A DNA stretch of 24,000 bases from Candidatus Omnitrophota bacterium (GCA_018817585.1 JAHITE010000036.1:15347-39346), one strand, 5' to 3'; positions 1-9,858 are shown, counted from the first letter of the stretch. Notes: a model not told the origin generated them from the sequence alone. Translations and numbers: made by a program.

Positions 1-3000
1 ACTGTCAATCAAGCGGGTTGATGCCTGCTCAATCGGAATAATATCACTGGCCAGAATTTTCGGAGTATCTTCCTTTAAATCCAGCTTGCCCTTAACAATA
101 ACCACTTCATCTACCACCAGACTCATCTGCGTTTTTTTATATGTTTCCGGAAACACTAAAACTTCGACAAAACTTTCCGTATCTTCCAAACGCGCGATTG
201 CCATTTTCTCAGCTTTTCTTTTGGTCACCGTAATCTTGATCTTTTCCAAAATGCCGATAACCGAAACATCACAACCATTTGTATCCATTTTATGCAAATC
301 ACTGGTGTTTGACAACCCATATCTTTTAATTAGTTTTTTATACTGGTCCAAAGGATGGGCAGTAATATAAAAACCCAGCATCAATTTTTCATAAGCCAGC
401 AATTTTGAAATTGGCCATTCTTCAATATCCGCCAGGTCAGTGTTATCATTTTGATTATTATTTGGCTGTTCAAATAATAACAACTGTCCGCTTTGCTTAT
501 CTTTATTTATTGAACAAGCGAGATTAATAATTTTCTCCACTCCATCCATCAGCTGGGAGCGTTTAGCGCCCAGGCGGTCAAACGCTCCGCACTTAATCAA
601 ACTTTCCAAAACTTTTTTATTCGCCGCTTTGGAATCAACTCTTTTACAGCAGTTAACCAAAGAAGTGAAATCCCCTTCTTTTTTTCGGGCATTGATGATC
701 AAGTCTACTGCTCCGGAACCCACGTTTTTAACCGCGGATAGACCAAAGCGGATGGCATTGTCATCAACTACTGTAAACTGGGAAAAGCTTTCATTGATGT
801 CTGGAGGTAAAATTTTAATTTTCATTCGTTTGCATTCATTAATATAACGGGCGATTTTATCCATATTATCTTTTTCGCAAGTCAGCAATGCCGCCATAAA
901 CTCAACTGGATAATTGGCTTTTAAATAAGCGGTTTGATAGGAAATTAAAGCATAAGCCGTGGAATGGCTTTTATTAAAACCATATCCGGCAAAATATTCA
1001 ATCAGACCAAAAACTCTTTCCGCGATAGCTTTGCCTACATGATTTTTTATTGCTCCGTCAACGAATGTTTTTTTTAGATCCTCAATAACTTCCGGAATTT
1101 TTTTACCCATTGCCCGGCGCAGTAAATCCGCTTGGGCCAGCGAGAATCCAGCCAGGACATTACTAATGCGCATTACCTGTTCCTGATAAAGAATAACTCC
1201 ATAAGTTTCTTTAAGCACCGGTTCAAGCAAATCATGATCATACTTTACGTTTTCCCCTGAGCGTTTTCTTTTAATAAAATCATCAACCATGCCGCTGCCC
1301 AAAGGACCCGGACGATATAAAGCGAGCAAAGCAATGATATCTTCAAACTTATCAGGTTTGAGTTTTTTAAGAATATCCTGCATCCCGGTACTTTCCAGCT
1401 GAAACACTCCCTGGGTTTTCGCTTTTTTAAACAGATCAAAAGTCTTCTCATCTTCCAGATCAATCGTGCTGATATTCAGATCAATCCCTTTGGTCCGTTT
1501 TATAATTTTAACTGCCTGGGAAATAATTGTCAGAGTTTTTAAACCCAGAAAATCCATTTTTAATAAACCGATCTTATCCAGGGACTTCATCGTATAGCCG
1601 GTTGTGGTCTGGCCTTCCTGGGAGCGGTACAAAGGAATATGTTCATGCAGCGGTTTATCACTGATCACAACCCCGGCAGCATGCGTTGAGGCATGACGGT
1701 TAATCCCTTCAAGATTTAAAGCCGTATCAATCAATTCCTTAATATTCGCGTTAGATTTGTATAAATTTTTTAATTCCGGCTCAACATTAAGCGCTTTGGT
1801 TAAAGTAATATTCAGCTCATTGGGCACTAATTTCGCGATTTTATCAACCTCAGCATAAGGCATACCCAAAGCTCTGCCTACATCGCGAATCGCGCCTTTA
1901 GCAGCCATGGTTCCAAAAGTTATGATCTGAGCAACATTATCTTTGCCGTATTTATCAATTACATATTGAATTACTTCATCGCGGCGTTCAAAGCAAAAAT
2001 CAATATCAATATCCGGAAAGCTGACGCGGGCTGGATTTAAAAACCGTTCAAACAGCAGGTCATATTTTAAAGGATCAATTTCCGTGATCCCCGTTAAATA
2101 AGCGACAATACTTCCGGCAGCAGAACCGCGGCCAGGCCCAACCGGAATTTTTTTATCCTTGGCAAACTGGACAAAATCAGCGGTAATTAAAAAATAGCTG
2201 GCAAATCCGGAATGATTGATTACTCCCAGTTCCATCTCTAAGCGTTCTTTGGCTTGGGCTTCTCTGCCGGAAAATAAAGTTGGAATTTTTTCCAAGCACA
2301 TGTTTTTTAAAACATCAATTGCTTTTAGCCCGTCGGGAAGATTGTATTTGGGTAAATGGGTTTTGCTGAAATCAAGTTCCAGATTACACATCTCCGTGAT
2401 TTTAAGTGTATTGCTGATCGCGTCCGGAACTTCCGCGAACAGTTTTTTCATTTCCTCCGGAGATTTGAAATAAAATTCATTAGTGCTCATGCGCATTCTG
2501 TTGACATCGGCCAGCGTAGTCTGGGTCTGCAGACAAAGCAGCACTTCATGAGCTGTAGACATATCTTTTTTTAAATAATGCACATCATTGGTGGCGACTA
2601 AAGGAATATCCAGATTACGCGCCAGCTGAATCAGCAGTTTATTCGCTTTTTTCTGCTCAATTAATCCATGATCCATTAATTCAATATAAAAACAATCCGG
2701 TCCAAATAAATTCCTCATGAACCGCGCGGATTCAATCGCTTGTTTTTCCTGTCCAGCCAGAAGCAAGCTGGCAATTTCTCCTTTTAAACAGCCGCTCAGA
2801 CAAACTAATCCTTGGCAATACTCAGCCAGAACTTGTTTATCAATTCGCGGTTTATAATAAAATCCTTCGCGATTGGCAATTGATACCAGGCGAATCAGGT
2901 TTTTGTATCCTTGCTCGTCTTTAACCAATAAAGTAAGATGATTCTGTCCCTTGTGTCCGTCTTCGCCTCGGGCTAGGCGGCTGCCCTTAGCCACATACAA

Positions 3001-3207
3001 TTCACAGCCAATAATTGGTTTTAAACCTTTTTTCATTGCCTGGGAATAAAACTCAATCGCACCGAACATATTGCCATGATCAGTAATTGTCAAAGCCGGC
3101 ATCCGCATTTCATGAGCTAAATCAATTAATTTCGGCAGCATGCAAGCACCGTCAAGCAGACTATATTGACTATGTACATGTAAATGTACGAAATCACTGT
3201 GTTTCAT
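1..3207 (-). CDS. dnaE: DNA polymerase III alpha subunit DnaE, first 1069 codons (3' end beyond window edge)
   Basis: Minus-strand frame is open from ATG at 3205-3207 to base 1; no stop, so it is absent from the ORF track. My translation starts MKHSDFVHLHVHSQYSLLDG (PHP-domain His cluster). It contains AKTQGVFQLESTGM at 1381-1422 in the same frame, a hallmark DnaE motif. Confidence 0.95.
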   Translation of the reverse strand, partial: MKHSDFVHLHVHSQYSLLDGACMLPKLIDLAHEMRMPALTITDHGNMFGAIEFYSQAMKKGLKPIIGCELYVAKGSRLARGEDGHKGQNHLTLLVKDEQGYKNLIRLVSIANREGFYYKPRIDKQVLAEYCQGLVCLSGCLKGEIASLLLAGQEKQAIESARFMRNLFGPDCFYIELMDHGLIEQKKANKLLIQLARNLDIPLVATNDVHYLKKDMSTAHEVLLCLQTQTTLADVNRMRMSTNEFYFKSPEEMKKLFAEVPDAISNTLKITEMCNLELDFSKTHLPKYNLPDGLKAIDVLKNMCLEKIPTLFSGREAQAKERLEMELGVINHSGFASYFLITADFVQFAKDKKIPVGPGRGSAAGSIVAYLTGITEIDPLKYDLLFERFLNPARVSFPDIDIDFCFERRDEVIQYVIDKYGKDNVAQIITFGTMAAKGAIRDVGRALGMPYAEVDKIAKLVPNELNITLTKALNVEPELKNLYKSNANIKELIDTALNLEGINRHASTHAAGVVISDKPLHEHIPLYRSQEGQTTTGYTMKSLDKIGLLKMDFLGLKTLTIISQAVKIIKRTKGIDLNISTIDLEDEKTFDLFKKAKTQGVFQLESTGMQDILKKLKPDKFEDIIALLALYRPGPLGSGMVDDFIKRKRSGENVKYDHDLLEPVLKETYGVILYQEQVMRISNVLAGFSLAQADLLRRAMGKKIPEVIEDLKKTFVDGAIKNHVGKAIAERVFGLIEYFAGYGFNKSHSTAYALISYQTAYLKANYPVEFMAALLTCEKDNMDKIARYINECKRMKIKILPPDINESFSQFTVVDDNAIRFGLSAVKNVGSGAVDLIINARKKEGDFTSLVNCCKRVDSKAANKKVLESLIKCGAFDRLGAKRSQLMDGVEKIINLACSINKDKQSGQLLLFEQPNNNQNDNTDLADIEEWPISKLLAYEKLMLGFYITAHPLDQYKKLIKRYGLSNTSDLHKMDTNGCDVSVIGILEKIKITVTKRKAEKMAIARLEDTESFVEVLVFPETYKKTQMSLVVDEVVIVKGKLDLKEDTPKILASDIIPIEQASTRLIDS

Positions 3208-3250
3208 TTTATCTCTTAATTTCCGGAATCAACAGCATAATCCCTGATTA

Positions 3251-3282
3251 GTCACAAAGTCACCAGGACACAAGGTCACAAG
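3251..3282. repeat. Four head-to-tail octamers GTCACAAA GTCACCAG GACACAAG GTCACAAG
   Basis: Read directly from the sequence; lies 45-75 nt upstream of the dnaE start codon. Confidence 0.8.
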
Positions 3283-3346
3283 GATAAAAACAAACTTCTA
3301 ATTCCAATGGTCAATAGCCGATCCGCCAGGCAAAAATTCTCTTTGA

Positions 3347-3400
3347 GCGGCGCGTTCTCGCTATTTTGGCATGGATGCCAAAATAGCGAGAACGCGCCGC
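3347..3400. repeat. Perfect palindrome with 26-nt arms and a 2-nt centre (REP-like or terminator-like hairpin)
   Basis: GCGGCGCGTTCTCGCTATTTTGGCAT-GG-ATGCCAAAATAGCGAGAACGCGCCGC; the arms are exact reverse complements. A second 7-bp hairpin GCCTGCA-cga-TGCAGGC follows at 3404-3420. Located between the guaA stop and the dnaE start. Confidence 0.85.
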
Positions 3401-3554
3401 TGGGCCTGCACGATGCAGGCTCAGGCTTAGCGAAAAGATGTGTTTTTGCCTGTCAAATAACTATTGCGCATTTGCGAATTCTGCTTTTCCTAACAGTAAA
3501 AGTTTATCCTTAGCGAAGTTCAATGGCTAATCGTTATCCGCTGCTTTTTTCTGT

Positions 3555-5093
3555 CTATTCCCACTCAATAGTTGCCGGAGGCTTACTACTGATATCATAG
3601 ACTACCCTGTTAACTCCTTTAACTTCGTTTATGATTTTATTGGAAACTCGGCCTAACATGTCCATGGGTAGTTTTGCCCAGTCAGCAGTCATCCCATCCA
3701 CGCTGGTAACTGCCCGCAGGGCAATCGTATTTTCATAAGTTCTCTCATCGCCCATTACGCCCACACTTCTGACCGGTAACAGTACTGATAAAGCCTGCCA
3801 AACATCATGGTATAAGCCGGCGGCTTTAATCTCTTCAATAAACCGTTTATCTGCCTGCCTGAGAATATCCAGTCTTTCCTTACTCACCGCGCCTAAAATC
3901 CGGATAGCCAGTCCTGGTCCGGGAAAAGGATGTCGGTCAACTAATTCCGCGGGTATTTTCAGTTCTTTGCCCAGCAGTCTAACTTCATCTTTAAATAAAA
4001 ATTTAAGCGGCTCAACTAATTTTAATTTCATTTTCTTCGGTAATCCGCCGACATTATGATGACTTTTGATCATTGAACTCGGCCCGCCAAACACGCTTTG
4101 ACTTTCAATTACATCAGGATAAAGCGTGCCTTGAGCTAAAAATTTTATGCCTTTGAGTTTTTTAGCATAAGCATCAAACACTTCAATAAATAATCTGCCG
4201 ATGATTTTTCTTTTCTTTTCCGGATCAGTCACGTTTTTTAGTTTATCGAGAAAAAGCTTTTCCGCCTCAGCATAGTGAAAATTCATTTTGTAATGTTTTT
4301 GGAAAGTATCGCGCACCTGATCAGCTTCGCCATCCCTAAGTAACCCATTATTTACAAAAATACAATGCAGTTTTGGGCCCAGGGCTTTGTGCAGCAATAC
4401 CGCGGCAACCGATGAGTCCACACCGCCGCTTAAGCCTAAAACAATGGATTCATTGCCTACCTGCTGCTGGATCTGTCTGATCGAGTCATGAATAAATGAC
4501 TGCATGGTCCACAGCCCTTTGCATTTGCAGACAGTAAACAAAAAATTCTTAAGAATAATATTGCCTTTAGGCGTGTGCACAACCTCCGGATGAAACTGCA
4601 CACCGAATATTTTTAATTTGCGATTACAAAAACTGGCAATACTGGAATTAGCGGTATGCGCTGACCCGATAAAATCCTTGGGCAGTTTCTTTACTTTATC
4701 TTCATGCGACATCCAGGTAATCATGGTTTTACCCAGACTCTTAAATAAATCACTAGAATCATCAATAAAAAGTTCTGTGTGTCCGTATTCCCGGGCTGAT
4801 GATTTACCGACCTTACCCTTAAAATGATGGGCAATCAGCTGCATGCCGTAACAAATCCCGAGTACCGGTATGCCTAATTCAAATATTTGCTCATCACATT
4901 TCGGCGCGTTTTCCTGAGTAAGACTCTTCGGTCCTCCGGAAAAAATAATTCCCTGAGGATTAAGTTCTTTAATTTTATCCGCGCTAATCTGAGGAGGATG
5001 AACCTCGCAGTAAACATTATATTCGCGTACCCTTCGGGCAATCAGCTGACTATACTGTGAACCAAAATCAATTATTACAATTAACTCTTTCAT
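3555..5093 (-). CDS. guaA: GMP synthase (glutamine-hydrolysing)
   Basis: 512 aa. N-terminal glutamine amidotransferase ([16 protein letters not shown]), SGGVDSS ATP-pyrophosphatase P-loop, C-terminus PPATIEWE typical of GuaA. Confidence 0.97.
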   Translation of the reverse strand: MKELIVIIDFGSQYSQLIARRVREYNVYCEVHPPQISADKIKELNPQGIIFSGGPKSLTQENAPKCDEQIFELGIPVLGICYGMQLIAHHFKGKVGKSSAREYGHTELFIDDSSDLFKSLGKTMITWMSHEDKVKKLPKDFIGSAHTANSSIASFCNRKLKIFGVQFHPEVVHTPKGNIILKNFLFTVCKCKGLWTMQSFIHDSIRQIQQQVGNESIVLGLSGGVDSSVAAVLLHKALGPKLHCIFVNNGLLRDGEADQVRDTFQKHYKMNFHYAEAEKLFLDKLKNVTDPEKKRKIIGRLFIEVFDAYAKKLKGIKFLAQGTLYPDVIESQSVFGGPSSMIKSHHNVGGLPKKMKLKLVEPLKFLFKDEVRLLGKELKIPAELVDRHPFPGPGLAIRILGAVSKERLDILRQADKRFIEEIKAAGLYHDVWQALSVLLPVRSVGVMGDERTYENTIALRAVTSVDGMTADWAKLPMDMLGRVSNKIINEVKGVNRVVYDISSKPPATIEWE

Positions 5094-5557
5094 TATGTTA
5101 AAATCCTATAAAGTTCATCCAAAGACTGGGAAATTACTTTGGAATCAGTTAAGACAGGCATAAAATTGGTGTCTGAATCCCAGCGCGGAACTATATGCAT
5201 ATGCAAATGCTGGTCAATTCCAGCTCCCGCTACCTTTCCGACATTAAATCCAATATTAAATCCTTGCGCCTGAAGTTTTAATTTTAATAGTTTAGTTGTG
5301 TCTTTAACGAATTCAAACATTTCCGACCACTCCTGCGGCGTCAGTTTGTCAATATCCGCGATATGGCGATAAGGCGAGATCATAATATGCCCATTATTAT
5401 AGGGAAATATATTTAAAATTGAAAATACATATTTCCCTCGTCTGATAATATAGTTAATCTTGTCTTTTTTTTGCTTGGGTTTTAGACAAAATATACAGCC
5501 TTTGGTTTTTTTCGCTTGAATGTACTTTATCCGCCAGGGAGCCCATAATTTATCCAT
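5093..5557 (-). CDS. HIT (histidine triad) family protein, Ap4A-phosphorylase/GalT-like branch
   Basis: [10 protein letters not shown] histidine-triad motif; N-terminal LWAPWR. Its stop overlaps the guaA ATG (TAATG), implying translational coupling. Confidence 0.85.
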   Translation of the reverse strand: MDKLWAPWRIKYIQAKKTKGCIFCLKPKQKKDKINYIIRRGKYVFSILNIFPYNNGHIMISPYRHIADIDKLTPQEWSEMFEFVKDTTKLLKLKLQAQGFNIGFNVGKVAGAGIDQHLHMHIVPRWDSDTNFMPVLTDSKVISQSLDELYRILT

Positions 5558-5590
5558 ATTGCCTCTTTTCCGCGAAAATTAATTTATAAT

Positions 5591-5599
5591 ATTATAGCA
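5591..5599 (-). promoter_or_regulatory. Possible extended -10 promoter element (TGcTATAAT) for the HIT-guaA unit
   Basis: Minus strand reads aTGcTATAAT about 35 nt upstream of the HIT ATG, followed by an AGAGG Shine-Dalgarno. No good -35 hexamer. Confidence 0.3.
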
Positions 5600-5622
5600 T
5601 GTTTTTCTACGCGATGATTTAT

Positions 5623-6102
5623 TTATATTTCGATGATCCGGCTGTTTATCTTGCCGTTTAATTCAATGATTCCGATTGACCGCTGATTAGCAAGCATATC
5701 CGTCGCGCTGCCGGGATTAAAAAATAAAATTCCGTTATTTTTTTCATTCAGCGCTTTGTGAGTATGTCCAAAGATAATAATATCAACTTGTTTAAATTCT
5801 TTAGCAAGCCGCTCAGTTATATTCAGCGGCGGTCCCCAGCCATGAGTCAGGCCAATCGTATATTTTCCGGCTTTGATAATTTTCTTTTGCGGCAGCCTCC
5901 CTTGAAGCTGAGGACTATCCATATTGCCGCATACAGCCTGCACATCAGCGCAGTATTGATACAGCTGATCAATTACGCACTGATTAACAATATCTCCGGC
6001 ATGGATAATCATATCCGCGCCTTTAAAATGTTTTTTTAATACCGCTGGTAAATCATCACAAACATCCGGAATATGCGTGTCAGAAATTACGCCAATCTTC
6101 AT
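5623..6102 (-). CDS. Metallophosphoesterase, YfcE/MJ0936 family
   Basis: 159 aa with the ordered motifs ISDTHIP, HAGDIV, GNMD and GHTH. Its ATG overlaps the stop of the upstream ATPase gene (ATGA at 6099-6102). Confidence 0.88.
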   Translation of the reverse strand: MKIGVISDTHIPDVCDDLPAVLKKHFKGADMIIHAGDIVNQCVIDQLYQYCADVQAVCGNMDSPQLQGRLPQKKIIKAGKYTIGLTHGWGPPLNITERLAKEFKQVDIIIFGHTHKALNEKNNGILFFNPGSATDMLANQRSIGIIELNGKINSRIIEI

Positions 6103-7712
6103 TTTAGCAGCCTTGGTTTTTCAAATAAGGTTAAAAGTTCATTTAAAATATTTTGATCCCATATCCAGACTTTGGCATCTAAAGCTTTTAATTTAGCATT
6201 CGCGTCAATGCCGTCTAAAGTAATCAGTATTTTCTTGATCATATCCTTACGCTTGGCTTTTTCCAGAAAATATCCGATTTTCACTTCATCAACAAAATCA
6301 TTTTCAATACAGCATATCCAGGTTTTTTTCAGTCTGCGGGCATTAACTAAACAGGCTCCGTTATTATCCTGAACATCAATTTGATCAAAATGCGTAAGCA
6401 TAAACCGTTTGCGGTCTAACTCCACAATATCGTTTTCAAATAACCCAAACAATTCTTTTACTCTTTGCTGAACTTTCTTAGCGGATTCATCGGCAAATGT
6501 CCTTATCAGATTTCTGATTTCAGTTTCAAATTTCAGTTCTGATTCATCCTGGTCAGCGCTGAACCAGTTTTCCTGCTTAGCCATGACAAATCTCAGCCAA
6601 TAAATAAACAGCGGATCATTTATCTCATTAAACACTCCCCGCTTAGATATAATATCTTTCTGCGCCAAGGCAGTTAAATGCCGGTTTAGTTCCGGAGCTT
6701 TTTTATTCAGCAGCCTGCCGATTAGCGAGGTTTTTTTAGTTCCATTGGCTATAGCCAGCAAAATCCGCGGATAGAGATTTTTATGATTAATATTTAAAAT
6801 AGCATGGTATTTATGATTAAAATATTGATTAATCACTCCGTGATCATTATTCATCAGCTCTGTTAAACTGTGAAGTAATTCTTTTTCCGTAACACAATTC
6901 GTCGCGTTTTCCAGACAGACACATTTTATTTGCTCGCAAATTACGCTCAGATAAAACGGATATCCTCCGCTGAAATTAATGATAAAATTCTTAAGTAAAC
7001 AATCAATTTTAATTTTATCCAGTTTGTTTTCAATGAACTGCCCGGCGATATTATTGTCAAAAGGCTGGAGATTAATCATTTCGAAATTACCGAACAATAA
7101 GCTTAGTTTTTTTGCCAGAATATTTAAGGAATTATGGATTGTAGAACTAACCACAATATACATTGTGTTTTTCTGCACCATGATTTTATTGCTCAGTTCG
7201 AGAAACGGATTGCTGAGTTTAAAATCCTCCAGATTCTGAAATTCATCAAAGATCAATAAAATTGGTTTTTTTGTTTCATCATACAAAACTTGAGGCAGAT
7301 CCAAGAGCAGTGAATAAATCTCATCATAATCCGCTTCATCTTTTAATAATTTATTTATCTGGCTGATTGCTTTAGCTGTTTTTGGCGCGGTTTCTTTACA
7401 CTTGGCCAAAAGCAATTCAAAACCATCAGGAATTTCTCCTTTTTCCAGCTGCAAATACTGATAAAACAAAACCCCGATAAAATGCTTGGCGAATAATTCA
7501 AACGATTTTGTTTTCACATTCAGATATATCGCAATTATTGTGCCGTCTTTGATTGTCTTAAGTAAATCAAAAATCAAAGATGTTTTGCCTAAAGCCTGAT
7601 GCCCGATGATCGCGATATTCTGGCGATATTTATTTTTAAAAGCACTAACCCGCTTTTGCAGGAGTTCTAAAATATCAGAACGTACATGGCCTTTATTTTG
7701 CAAAGAAAGCAT
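6099..7712 (-). CDS. ATP-binding protein, ATPase_2 (archaeal-type ATPase)/DUF234-like architecture
   Basis: 537 aa. Walker A GHQALGKTS and Walker B LLIFDEFQN. The long helical middle and C-terminal region resemble the PF01637+DUF234 family. Family assignment is from pattern memory, not a search. Confidence 0.6.
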   Translation of the reverse strand: MLSLQNKGHVRSDILELLQKRVSAFKNKYRQNIAIIGHQALGKTSLIFDLLKTIKDGTIIAIYLNVKTKSFELFAKHFIGVLFYQYLQLEKGEIPDGFELLLAKCKETAPKTAKAISQINKLLKDEADYDEIYSLLLDLPQVLYDETKKPILLIFDEFQNLEDFKLSNPFLELSNKIMVQKNTMYIVVSSTIHNSLNILAKKLSLLFGNFEMINLQPFDNNIAGQFIENKLDKIKIDCLLKNFIINFSGGYPFYLSVICEQIKCVCLENATNCVTEKELLHSLTELMNNDHGVINQYFNHKYHAILNINHKNLYPRILLAIANGTKKTSLIGRLLNKKAPELNRHLTALAQKDIISKRGVFNEINDPLFIYWLRFVMAKQENWFSADQDESELKFETEIRNLIRTFADESAKKVQQRVKELFGLFENDIVELDRKRFMLTHFDQIDVQDNNGACLVNARRLKKTWICCIENDFVDEVKIGYFLEKAKRKDMIKKILITLDGIDANAKLKALDAKVWIWDQNILNELLTLFEKPRLLK

Positions 7713-7732
7713 AATTCCATCATTTCTCCCGA

Positions 7733-8407
7733 TTAAGGCAAATACAATATCGGATTTTGTGGTTTATTCTTCTTCCTTAACTCAAAATGTACCAAACAGC
7801 TGGATGCACGGCCTGTGCTTCCAGCTTTGGCAATGACCTGTCCTTGTCTTACAAAATCTCCTGTTTTAACCAAATTCTCGTTATTATTACTATACACAGT
7901 TACAAAATCATTATTATGCGCGATAATAATTGTTTTACCATAGCCGCGCAGATTCTGCGATGTAAACACAATATTGCCGGCTGCCGCGGCACTGATCGCG
8001 TTTCCCTGTTTAGCCAGGATATCGATGCCTTGATTGAGCACATCCTGTTTTTGCTCATTAAACCCAAGAACAATCTCCCCTTTATACGGCCAATCAAACA
8101 GACTCCCGGGTTTACATTGGGAATTTTCGCTGTTCATCCGCATTTCATCCGGAATAAAGATTTTCTGGCCAACTTCAATGCTTTTGGCATTATCGATTCT
8201 GTTAAAATTCGCCAGCTGGTCTAAGTTAACGGCATAACACTTGGCTATGCTCCAGAGAGTTTCCCCGCGTTTGACAATATAATATTCCCCTTTTGTTTCC
8301 GGAGATATAACAACCAAAGGCAGCAGATTATTGGGTTTTTGCCGAGTTGAACATCCTGATGCCAGAATAAGTATTACAATTAGTATGGTTTTTATTCCTG
8401 CTTTCAT
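7733..8407 (-). CDS. LysM domain / degenerate M23 (LytM) lipoprotein, NlpD-like
   Basis: Signal peptide with lipobox LASGC. LysM: YIVKRGETLWSIAKCYAVNLDQLANFN...GQKIFIP. M23 core: GIDILAKQG...GYGKTIIIAHNNDFVTVYSN...GSTGRASSCLVHFELR. GAGGGAAG Shine-Dalgarno. Confidence 0.88.
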   Translation of the reverse strand: MKAGIKTILIVILILASGCSTRQKPNNLLPLVVISPETKGEYYIVKRGETLWSIAKCYAVNLDQLANFNRIDNAKSIEVGQKIFIPDEMRMNSENSQCKPGSLFDWPYKGEIVLGFNEQKQDVLNQGIDILAKQGNAISAAAAGNIVFTSQNLRGYGKTIIIAHNNDFVTVYSNNNENLVKTGDFVRQGQVIAKAGSTGRASSCLVHFELRKKNKPQNPILYLP

Positions 8408-8466
8408 CTTCCCTCAAAACTGTTTTAATCAAAGTAATAAACCTTTAGCTCGAATCTCCATACTTT

Positions 8467-8540
8467 TGGAGCGGGCGAAGGGAATCGAACCCTCATATTC
8501 AGCTTGGGAAGCTGATGTTCTACCACTGAACTACGCCCGC
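8467..8540 (-). tRNA. tRNA-Gly (anticodon CCC) with encoded CCA
   Basis: The reverse complement GCGGGCGTAGTTCAGTGGTAGAACATCAGCTTCCCAAGCTGAATATGAGGGTTCGATTCCCTTCGCCCGCTCCA folds as a cloverleaf. Acceptor GCGGGCG/CGCCCGC, D-stem GTTC/GAAC, anticodon stem TCAGC/GCTGA with loop TTCCCAA, T-loop TTCGATT. 74 nt. Confidence 0.93.
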
Positions 8541-8583
8541 TTTACTTGTAGTATAAAAAATACTTCTCTATTATCCGTGCTGT

Positions 8584-9858
8584 TTAACCGTCCATTAGTT
8601 TCATTGAGCAAAATTCACCGCACATAGTGCAGGCATCACTAACTTTTGGCTGGGAAGCTTTTCTGCTGGCGCGGATTAATTCCGGATCCATCGCCATACT
8701 GATTTGGGTTTCCCAATCTCTTTTTTTACGCGCTAAACTCATTAAACGGTCTTTTTCCCAAGCCTGTTTATTTCCGCGGGCCAAATCCCCGCTGTGCGCC
8801 GCGATCCGGCTGGCAATAACCCCTTGCTTTATATCTTCAATATTCGGCAGTTTAATATGTTCCGCCGGAGTAACAAAACAAATAAAATCAGCACCGCTGG
8901 CCGCGGCAATACCTGAGCCGATTGCCGCGGTAATATGATCATATCCCATGCCGATATCTGTTACCAATGGGCCTAAAACATAAAACGGCGCGCCGTCGCA
9001 ATATTTTTTCTGCAAAGCAATGTTTCGAGGAATTTGATCAATCGGAATATGTCCAGGACCTTCAATCATTACCTGAACTCCCTTGGCTTGAGCTTGTTTA
9101 GCTAATTTGCCCAAAAGTTTTAACTCCGCGATCTGGGGCTTATCCGTGGCATCGATAATCGTACCAGGTCTTAAACCATCACCTAAGCTAAGCGTCACAT
9201 CGTATTTTTTACAAATTTCAATCACATCATCAAAATATTCATAAAACGGATTTTCTTTGTTTGTCTGCTTAATCCAATCAGCAGTAATCGCGCCTCCCCG
9301 GCTGACAATTCCCATAAACCGCGGATGCTGTTCCAAAGTTTTTAAAGTTTTCTTGGTGATCCCGGAATGAATCGTAAAAAAATCAACTCCGGTTTTAGCT
9401 TGTTCAGTCAAAACATCAAGAAAATCATTTTTCGTTAAATTATAAATACTGCCTCTGAGTTTCTTTGCCGACAAAGCGATTTCATACAGCGGTACTGTTC
9501 CTAAGGGAACACTGCAGTGATCAATCAGCAGCTTTTGATTTTTCCGGATATTACCGGCAATACTCAGATCCATTACTGTATCCGCGCCGAACTGAATCGC
9601 GGTTTTTAGTTTTTTTAATTCATTCTTCGCGTCAGATTCATCCGGAGATGTGCCGAGATTAGCATTGATTTTAACACTCATCAGCCGGCCAATACCGCAA
9701 GGTTTCTCCAGTTTGCGGGTATTATTGGCGGGAATAACCAGTTTTCCCTGAGCGATTTTTTCTAAGATCAATTTTGGTGCAATGTATTCTTTTTTTGCTA
9801 TTTGTTCTACAAGCAAAGTGGACTTACCGGATATAGCGGATTCAATTAAAGTTTTCAT
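8584..9858 (-). CDS. thiC: Phosphomethylpyrimidine synthase ThiC (short form)
   Basis: 424 aa; LGPLVTDIGMGYDHITAAIG and C-terminal CTMCGEFCSMK (CX2CX4C cluster motif of ThiC). Confidence 0.95.
   Translation of the reverse strand: MKTLIESAISGKSTLLVEQIAKKEYIAPKLILEKIAQGKLVIPANNTRKLEKPCGIGRLMSVKINANLGTSPDESDAKNELKKLKTAIQFGADTVMDLSIAGNIRKNQKLLIDHCSVPLGTVPLYEIALSAKKLRGSIYNLTKNDFLDVLTEQAKTGVDFFTIHSGITKKTLKTLEQHPRFMGIVSRGGAITADWIKQTNKENPFYEYFDDVIEICKKYDVTLSLGDGLRPGTIIDATDKPQIAELKLLGKLAKQAQAKGVQVMIEGPGHIPIDQIPRNIALQKKYCDGAPFYVLGPLVTDIGMGYDHITAAIGSGIAAASGADFICFVTPAEHIKLPNIEDIKQGVIASRIAAHSGDLARGNKQAWEKDRLMSLARKKRDWETQISMAMDPELIRASRKASQPKVSDACTMCGEFCSMKLMDG

Noticed and set aside
3307-3513. 68-aa plus-strand ORF in the guaA-dnaE spacer
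   Set aside because: It reads straight through both arms of the 26-bp palindrome, which gives a mirror-like peptide. It has no Shine-Dalgarno and opposes the orientation of every other gene, so it is most likely an artefact of the repeat.
7787-8224. 145-aa plus-strand ORF and similar antisense ORFs, for example 2216-2574, 4618-4827, 5758-6039, 6979-7239, 8627-8938, 13274-13579, 23051-23254 and 23630-23836
   Set aside because: All lie antisense within strongly supported conserved genes and give low-complexity or hydrophobic nonsense peptides. They are typical shadow ORFs.
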